In this document: positions 1 through 9,400 of the stretch, in pieces
Position numbering within the stretch: the first letter of the stretch is position 1
Layout: every line of letters starts with the position of its first letter
Assembly: GCA_048498995.1 (NCBI GenBank)
Contig: JBEHWX010000005.1
Location: forward strand, 12,758-76,757
Length of the DNA stretch: 64,000 nucleotides
Direction: 5' to 3'
Source: Bacteroidota bacterium
GTDB lineage: Bacteria; Bacteroidota; Ignavibacteria; OLB7
Notes under the pieces: generated by a model
The model's database searches: none
What the model saw: the letters and a program-made list of their open reading frames with translations, nothing else
What the model was told of the DNA's origin: nothing
Program-made: the position numbers and the translations under genes

Positions 1-391
1 CAGCGGAGATTGCACGACATGCCCGTCGACGACCAGCCCTGGCCATCGAGAAAGGGGGCGCAAATGAAATGAGTGAAGAGCGGGCCGGGACTGAAGACTT
101 CGTACCTGCCCCAGCGTGTGGAGTATGGTCCCTGCTGAGATACGACGCGATTGGTCTTCCGCCGTATCGAAGTGCCTGCTTCCACAACAGGCGTTGCGAA
201 TATACGAGACTGACACCATTCCACCAGAGTTATCGGATGCTAATTGTCGAGTTTTCCACATTTTTCCCACATCCGACCACCTCGGCCCGCCTCATCGTTC
301 CCGTCTCCCTCCCCCGCCCCGCTCCCGGGCATCCCCGGAAATGAGGCCCTTTCCCCCTCTCCTCCCTGAAATCTCCATCCCGGAAACGCGC

Positions 392-421
392 GAGGGGCGC
401 CCGGTCTCCCGGACGCCCCTC
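392..421 (-). terminator. Putative terminator hairpin downstream of the giant repeat gene
   Basis: gaggggcgcccgg/tctc/ccggacgcccctc forms a 13-bp stem with one mismatch and a 4-nt loop. It starts ~30 nt past the stop codon at 453. The following T-tract on the minus strand is weak (gcgcgtttcc). Confidence 0.45.
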
Positions 422-452
422 GTCGGTTACATCGATTGCTCGACGACGCTGC

Positions 453-3400
453 TTACCACTGATGCCAGCGGGAGACACCGTCGCTGTACAGACGGAACGA
501 GCCCGTCGCCGTGCCGAACGTGATCGACAGTGACGTCGACGACGCGTTGATCAGGTCCGTGCCGCTTCGGCTGATCGTGATGTTGTTCGTGCCGGCGTTG
601 CCCAGCTCGTTCTTGATCACGATGACCGCTCCGGCCGGCACCGAATTGGCCGCCGGCAGGTTGACGGTCGCCGGGCCGCTGGTCACGTCCACGCCGATGA
701 TCTCGTCGGTCGACGCGGCATTGTACGTCGTGCCACCGGGAGCACCGGTCACGGTGGTGCGAGCCATCTTGACCCTTCCGTAGCCCCACGCGGCGCTCGA
801 GCCGTTGTAGGTCAGAACCTGGCCGGTGGAAGCGCCGGAGGTGCTCATCTTCGCCGGCGTCACGTTGCCGTCGGAGATCTTCGAGGTCGTCACCGCGTTG
901 CTGGCGATCGTCGGGTTCGGGTAGGTGCCCGACAGGTCGCCACCCGCCGAGCCGCTCGGCGTGGCCGTCGGCGTGGTCCAGGTCATCGTGGCCGAGTCCA
1001 CGCCGTTGCTGGTCGCAAGCGACAGAACCTGACCGACCGAGCCGACCACCGCCGGCAGAACGTAGTTGCCGCTATTCGAAACCGACGGAGCGCGAAGGCC
1101 CACGTACTGCGTGCCGGTGCCGCTCGGCTCCTGCCAGCGGATGTCGCGGCCGTTGTTGTCCGAGTTGGTCAGTGCGATGCGCGAGTTCGACGCGATCATG
1201 AACGTTCCGGCGAACGTCTGGTTGGCCGTCCACGTGTTCGCGTTGCCGAGGTTGACGGCCAGCGGCGAGCCCGAGGTACCGTTGCCGCTCAACGTCGCGT
1301 TGTGCGTGACGGTCGCGCTCACCGTGGTCCATGCCACGTTGGTGCCGTTGTAGGTCAGCGCCTGGCCGCTCGTGGCACCGGTCGGGTCGATCTTCGACGG
1401 CGTCACCGCCGCGTTGGCGATATGAGCGGTGGTAACCGCGTTGGTCGCCAGCTTCAGGCCGCTGACCGCCGAGTCGGCCAGATCGGCCGTGGCGATCGTG
1501 CCGTCGAGAATCTTCGCCGAGGTTACCGCGCCATCGGTCAGATCGGCGGCAACGATACTATTGGCAAGACTCAGTTTCGAGTAGGCAATCGCCGCGCTCG
1601 AGGAGATGTCCGCGTCGACGATCGTGCCGTCGGCGATCTTCGCGGAGGTCACCGCGTCGTTGGCGATCGTCGGATTCGGATAGGTGCCGGTCAGATCACC
1701 GCCGGCCGAGCCGCTGGCGCCGCCGGTGGTCCAGACCACGTTCGCGCCGTCATAGCCGATCACCTGGCCGCTGCTTGCGCCCGCGGCACTGATCTTGGCC
1801 AGCGTCACGTTCGCGTCGGCGATCTTCGAGGTCGTCACCGCGTTGTCCGCGATCGTCGGGTTCGGGTAGGTGCCCGTCAGGTCGCCACCCGCCGTGCCGC
1901 TCGCCGTCGGCGTGATCCAGGTCATCGTGGCCGAGTCGATGCCGTTGCTGGTCGCAAGCGACAGAACCTGACCGACCGAGCCGACCACCGCCGGCAGAAC
2001 GTAGTTGCCGCTATTCGAAACCGACGGAGCGCGAAGGCCCACGTACTGCGTGCCGGTGCCGCTCGGCTCCTGCCAGCGGATATCGCGGGCGTTGTTGTCC
2101 GAGTTGGTCAGCGCGATGCGCGAGTTCGACGCGATCATGAACGTTCCGGCGAACGTCTGGTTGGCCGTCCACGTGTTCGCGTTGCCCAGGTTGACAGCCA
2201 GCGGCGAGCCCGAGGAGCCGTTGCCACTCAGCGTCGCGTTGTGCGTCACGTTGCTGGTCGGCGTGCTCCAGACCACGTTCGTGCCGTTGTAGGTCAGCGC
2301 CTGGCCGCTTGTGGCACCGGTCGGATCGATGTTCGACGTCGCCACCGCGCCGGTCGCAAGGTCGGCGGAGACGATCGTGCCGTCGGCGATCTTCGCCGAG
2401 GTGATCGCGCCGTCGGCCACGTGGGCCGTGGTCACCGCGTCGGTGCCGAGCTTCAGGCTCGTCACCGCGCTGTCGGCAAGCTTCGACGTCGTCACATTGC
2501 CGTCAGTGATCTTCGACGTCGTCACCGCGTTGGCGGCGATGGTCGGGTTCGGATACGTGCCCGAGAGATCTCCACCGGCCGCGCCGCTCGGCGGCAGATC
2601 GGTCGGAGCGCCGGTCAGCTTCGAGTAGCTGATGCCGTTGGCGACCTTCGCATCCGTGATCGCGCCGTCGGCCACGTGGGCCGTGTTCACCGCCGCCGTC
2701 CCGAGCTTCAGGCTCGTCACGGCACTGTCGGCCAACTTGGCCGTGGTCACGTTGCCGTCGGCGATCTTCGAGGTCGTCACCGCGTCGGCGGTAATGTCGC
2801 CGGCCACGATGCTGTTCGAGAGATTCAGCTTCGAGTAAGCGATCGCCGCCGAGGCGTTGATGTCGGCGTCGACGATCGTGCCGTCGGCGATCTTCGCCGA
2901 GGTGATCGCGCCGTCGGCCACATGCGCGGTGTTCACCGCGTCGGTGCCGAGCTTCACGCTCGTCACCGCGCTGTCGGCCAGCTTGGCCGTCGTCACGTTC
3001 GCGTCGGTGATCTTCGACGTCGTCACCGCGTTGGCGGCGATGGTCGGGTTCGGATACGTGCCCGAGAGATCTCCACCGGCCGCGCCGCTCGGCGGCAGGT
3101 CGGTCGGAGCGCCGGTCAGCTTCGAGTAGCTGATGCCGTTGGCGACCTTCGCGTCCGTGATCGCGCCGTCGGCCACGTGGGCCGTGTTCACCGCCGCCGT
3201 GCCGAGCTTCAGGCTCGTCACCGCGCTGTCGGCCAGCTTCGCCGTCGTCACGTTCGCGTCGACGATCTTCGCGGTCGTCACCGAGCCGTCAGCCAGCTTC
3301 GGCGTGGTCACGCTTCCGTCGGCGATCTTCGAGGTCGTCACCGCGTCGGCGGTAATGTCGCCGGCCACGATGCTGTTCGAGAGATTCAGCTTCGAGTAAG

Positions 3401-6400
3401 CGATCGCCGCCGAGGCGTTGATGTCGGCGTCGACGATCGTGCCGTCGGCGATCTTCGCCGAGGTGATCGCGCCGTCGGCCACGTGAGCCGTGTTCACCGC
3501 GCTGGTGCCGAGCTTCAGGCTCGTCACCGCGCTATCGGCCAGCTTCGCGGTCGTGACGTTGCCGTCAGCGACCTTCACCGTCGTCACCGAGGCGTCGGCC
3601 AGCTTGGCCGTCGTCACGTTCGCGTCGGAGATCTTCGAGGTCGTCACCGCGTTGGCGGCGATGGTCGGATTCGGATACGTGCCCGAGAGATCTCCACCGG
3701 CCGCGCCGCTCGGCGGCAGGTCGGTCGGCGCTCCGGTCAGCTTCGAGTAGCTGATACCGTTGGCGACCTTCGCGTCCGTGATCGCGCCGTCGGCCACATG
3801 GGCCGTGTTCACCGCCGCCGTGCCGAGCTTCAGGCTCGTCACCGCGCTGTCGGCCAGCTTCGCCGTCGTCACCGAGCCGTCGGTCAGATCGGCCGTCACG
3901 ATGCTGTTGGCAAGGTTGAGCTTCGAGTAGGCGATCGCCGCCGAGGCGTTCACATCGGCGTTGGTGATCGCGCCGTCGGCGATCTTCGCGCTCGTCACCG
4001 AGCCGTCGGCCAGGTCGCCCGTGGCGATCGTGCCGTCGAGGATCTTCGCCGAGGTGATCGCGCCATCCTTCACATGCGCGGTGTTGACCGCGTTGGTGCC
4101 GAGCTTCACGCTCGTCACGGCGCTGTCGGCGAGCTTCGCCGTCGTCACCGAGCCATCGGCAAGCTTGGAGGTCGTGACGGCACCGGCGGCGATGTCGGCC
4201 GCCACGATCGACGCATCGGCGATCGAAGCGCTGTTGACCGCGCCGACGGCGATGTCGCCGTTGACGATGCTGCTGGTCAGCGCCAGCTTCGAGTAGGCGA
4301 TGGCGGCCGTCGGGGAGACATCCGCGTTGACGATGGTGCCGTCGGCGATCTTCGCGCTCGTCACCGAGCCGTTGGCCAGGTCGCCGGTGGCGATCGTGCC
4401 GTCGGCGATCTTCGCGCTCGTCACCGAGCCGTCGGCCAGATCGCTCGTGGCGATCGTGCCGTCGGCGATCTTCGCGCTCGTCACCGCGTCGTTGGCGATG
4501 GTCGGGTTCGGATAGGTGCCGGTCAGATCACCACCGGCCGCGCCTCCCGGCGTCGAGCCGCCCCAGACCAGGCTGGAGCCGTTGTACATCAGCGACTGTC
4601 CGGCCGAGGCGCCGGTCGGATCGATCTTCGGCAGCGTCACCGCCTCATCGGCGAGCTTCGCGGTCGTGACGGCGCCGGACGCGATGTCCACCGCCACCAC
4701 CGACTCATCCTCGATCGAAACGCTGTTGACCGCGCCGAGCGTCAGGTCGCTGTTGACGATATGATTCGTCAGGTTCAGCTTGCTGTAGGCGATCGCGGCG
4801 TTCGGAGCAACGTCCACATCCATGATGGTCGAGTCGGCGATCTTCGCCGAGGTCACCGAGCTGTCGGTCAGGTCGCTGGTGGCGATGCTGTTGGCAAGGT
4901 TGAGCTTGCTGTACGCGATCGCGGCCGAGGCGTTGACGTCGGCGTTGGTGATCGTGCCATCGCTGATCTTCGCGGAGGTCACCGAGCCATCGGCCAGGTG
5001 CGCCGTGTTCACCGCGGCCGCTCCGATCTTCACGCTCGTCACCGAGCTGTCGGCAAGCTTCGCGGTCGTGACCGAGGCATCGGCCAGATCCGCCGTGGCG
5101 ATCGTGCCGTCGGCGATCTTCGCGGTCGTCACGTTCGCATCGGCAAGCTTCGCCGTCGTCACCGAGCCGTCGGTCAGGTCGGCGGCAACGATGCTGTTGG
5201 TCAGATTCAGCTTGCTGTAGGCAATCGCCGCGTTGGTCGCGACATCGGCGTTGGCGATGGTGCCGTCGGCGATCTTCGCCGAGGTCACCGAGCCATCGAC
5301 CAGATCGGTCGTTGCGATGCTTCCGGTCAGGTTGAGCTTCGAGTAGGCGATCGCCGCCGAGGCATTCACGTCGGCGTTGGTGATCGCGCCGTCGGCGATC
5401 TTCGCCGAGGTCACCGCGTCATCCGAGATCTTCACCGTCGTGATCGCGGCGTCGGCGATCTTCGCGGTCAGGACCGAGCCGTCTGCCAGCTTGATCGAGA
5501 TGACCGAGCCATCGGCGATGTGCGCGGTGTTGACCGCGCCGGTGCCGATCTTCAGGCTCGTCACCGCCGAGTCGGCCAGCTTCGCCGTCGTCACCGAGCC
5601 GTCGGCGATCTTCGCCGTGGTCACGGCGTTGTTCGTGAGATCGGCCGTGACGATGCTGTTGGCGAGGTTCAGCTTCGAGTAGTTGATCGCGGCCGTCGGC
5701 GAGACGTCGGCGTCCGTGATCGTCGAGTCGGCGATCTTCGCGGAGGTCACCGAGCCGTTGGCCAGATCGCCGGTGGCGATGCTGCCGGCCAGATCGAGCT
5801 TCGAGTAGGCGATCGCGGCCGAAGCGTTCACGTCGGCGTTGGTGATCGTGCCGTCGGCGATCTTCGCCGAGGTGATCGCGCCGTCGGCCACATGCGCGGT
5901 GTTCACCGCGTCGGTGCCGAGCTTCACGCTCGTCACCGAGCTATCGGCAAGCTTCGCCGTCGTCACGTTCGCGTCGACGATCTTCGCGGTCGTCACCGAG
6001 CCGTCGGCAAGCTTCGACGTCGTGATGGCGCCATCGGCCACGTGAGCCGTGTTGACGGCCGCGGTGCCGAGCTTCAGGCTCGTCACGGAGCTGTCGGCCA
6101 GTTTCGCGGTCGTCACGTTGCCGTCGGCAATCTTCGCCGTGGTCACGCTACCGTCGGCCAGTTTCGCGGTCGTCACATTCGCGTCGGCCATCTTCGCCGT
6201 CGTGATAGCGCCGTCGGCCACATGCACCGTGGTCACGGCGTTGGTGCCGATCTTCACGCTGGTAACGGCGCTGTCGGCGAGCTTCGGCGTCGTCACCGAG
6301 CCATCGGCAAGCTTCGAGGTCGTCACGTTCGCATCGGCCATCTTCGCGGTGGTCACCGCGCCGTCGGCAAGCTTCGGCGTCGTCACCGAGCCGTCGGCAA

Positions 6401-9400
6401 GCTGCGCGGTGTTGACCGCGTCGGCGGCAAGCTTCACGCTCGTCACCGAGCTGTCGGCAAGCTTTGCCGTCGTCACGTTCGCGTCGGCGATCTTCGAGGT
6501 CGTCACCGAGCCGTCGGCAAGCTTCGCCGTCGTCACGTTCGCGTCGGCGATCTTCGAGGTCGTCACCGAGCCGTCGGCAAGCTTCGCCGTCGTCACGTTC
6601 GCGTCGGCGATCTTCGAGGTCGTGATTGCGCCGTCGGCCACATGAGCCGTATTCACCGCATTCGTACCCAGCTTCAGGCTCGTCACCGCGCTATCGGCCA
6701 GCTTCGGCGTCGTCACCGATCCATCGGCGAGCTTGGCCGTCGTCACGTTCGCATCGGAGATCTTCGAGGTCGTGATGGCGCCGTCGGCCACGTGGACCGT
6801 GGTCACCGAGCCGGTACCGAGCTTCACGCTCGTGATCGAGCTGTCGGCCAGCTTCGGCGTGGTCACATTGCCATCGGCAAGCTTCGGCGTGGTGATCGCG
6901 CCATCGGCCACGTGGGCCGTATTGACGGCCGCGGTGCCGATCTTCAGGCTCGTCACCGAGCTGTCGGCAAGCTTCGCCGTCGTCACACTGCCATCGGCCA
7001 GTTTGGCCGTGGTCACGTTGGCGTCGGCAAGCTTCGAGGTCACGATGGCACCGTCAGCGACATGAGCGGTGTTGACCGCGCTGGTGCCGAGCTTCGCGCC
7101 GGTCACCGAGCTGTCGGCAAGCTTCGCCGTCGTCACGTTACCGTCGACGATCTTCGCCGTGGTCACGCTACCGTCAGCGAGCTTGGCTGTCGTCGCAGCG
7201 CCATCAGCGAGCTTCGGCGTCGTCACCGAACCATCCGCGATATGCGCCGTGGTCACCGCGCCGGTGCCGAGCTTCGCGCCGGTCACCGAGCTGTCAGCAA
7301 GCTTCGCGGTCGTCACGTTGCCATCGGCAAGCTTCGCCGTGGTCACGCTGCCGTCGGCGAGCTTCGCCGTGGTCACGTTCGCGTCGGCGATCTTCGAGGT
7401 CGTGATGGCACCATCGGCCACATGAGCCGTGTTCACCGCATTCGTGCCCAGCTTCACGCCGGTCACCGAGCTGTCGGCCAGTTTCGCCGTCGTCACCGAG
7501 CCGTCGGCCAGCTTGGCGGTCGTCACATTCGCGTCGGCAAGCTTCACGGTGGTCACCGCGCCGTCGGCAAGCTTCGGGGTCGTCACCGAGCCATCGGCCA
7601 AGTGCGCGGTGTTGACCGCGTCGGCGGCGAGCTTCACGCTTGTCACGGAGCTGTCGGCCAGCTTCGCGGTCGTCACGTTACCGTCAACGATCTTCGCGGT
7701 GGTCACGCTACCGTCAGCGAGCTTGGCCGTCGTCACGTTCGCATCGGCAAGCTTCGCCGTCGTGATCGCGCCGTCGACGACGTGAGCCGTATTGACGGCA
7801 TTGGTGCCGAGCTTCACGCCGGTCACCGAGCTATCGGCAAGCTTCGCGGTCGTCACGTTGCCGTCGACGATCTTCGCCGTCGTCACACTGCCATCAGCGA
7901 GCTTCACGGTCGTTACCGAGCCATCGGCCAGCTTCGCGGTAGTTGCAGCACCATCAGCAAGCTTCGGCGTCGTCACCGAGCCATCGGCCAGGTGCGCCGT
8001 GGTCACCGCGCTGGTGCCGAGCTTCGCGCCGGTCACCGAGCTGTCAGCGAGCTTCGCCGTGGTAACGCTTCCGTCGGCGAGCTTCGCCGTCGTCACCGAT
8101 CCGTCAGCCAGCTTCGCGGTCGTCGCCGCACCATCAGCGAGCTTCGGCGTCGTCACCGAGCCGTCCGCGATATGTGCCGTGGTCACCGCATTCGTGCCCA
8201 GCTTCACGCCGGTCACCGAGCTGTCGGCCAGCTTGGCCGTCGTCACATTCGCGTCGGCCATCTTCGCGGTGGTCACCGCGCCGTCAGCCAGCTTCGGCGT
8301 CGTCACCGAGCCATCAGCCAGGTGCGCCGTGTTCACCGCGTTGGTGCCGAGCTTTGCGCTCGTCACCGAGCTGTCGGCCAGCTTCGCCGTCGTCACGTTG
8401 CCATCGACGATCTTCGCGGTGGTCACCGAGCCGTCAGCGAGCTTGGCGGTCGTCACGTTCGCGTCGGCGATCTTCGCCGTCGTGATCGCGCCGTCGACGA
8501 GGTGAGCGGTGTTGACCGCATTGGTGCCGAGCTTCACGCCGGTCACCGAGCTGTCGGCAAGCTTCGCGGTCGTCACGTTGCCGTCGACGATCTTCGCGGT
8601 GGTCACCGAGCCGTCGGCAAGCTTCACGGTCGTTACCGAGCCGTCGGCAAGCTTGGCGGTAGTTGCAGCGCCATCGGCAAGCTTCGGCGTCGTCACCGAG
8701 CCATCGGCCAGGTGCGCCGTGTTCACCGCATTCGTGCCGAGCTTCGCGCTCGTCACCGAGCTGTCGGCCAGCTTCGCCGTCGTGACATTGCCATCGACGA
8801 TCTTCGCCGTCGTCACGCCGCCGTCAGCAAGCTTCGCCGTCGAAACACTTCCGTCAGCGAGCTTGGCCGTGGTGACCGAGCCATCGGTGAGGTCGGAAGT
8901 GACGATACTATTGTTGAGATTCAGCTTGCCGTAGGCGATCGAGGCCGTCGGGCTCACGTCGGCATCGACTATCGTACCGTCGGCGATCTTCGCCGAGGTC
9001 ACCGATCCGTCGGCAAGCTTCGCGGTACCGATGGCGCCGTCGGCGATCTTCGCCGAGGTGATCGCGCCATCGGTCACATGGGCGGTATTCACGGCATTGG
9101 TGCCGAGCTTGGCGCCCGTAACGGAGCTGTCAGCCAGCTTCGCCGTGGTCACGCCACCGTCGGCAAGCTTCGCGGTCGACACACTGCCATCGACAAGCTT
9201 CGCCGTGGTCACGCTGCCATCAGCCAGCTTCGCGCTCGTGATCGCGCCGTCGGTCACATGTGCCGTGGTGACGGCGTTGGTGCCGAGTTTGGCGCTGGTC
9301 ACCGCGCTATCGGCCAGCTTCGCGGTCGTCACGCTGCCATCGGCAAGCTTGGTCGCGGTCACACTGGCGTCGGCGAGCTTCGGGGTGGTGACACTGCCGT

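Noticed and set aside
1-72. Possible 3' end of a plus-strand gene (frame 1 open from the window edge to the TGA at 70..72)
   Set aside because: Only 23 codons are visible, which is too little to support a call. ORFs 69..523 in this region are Pro/Arg-rich and look spurious.
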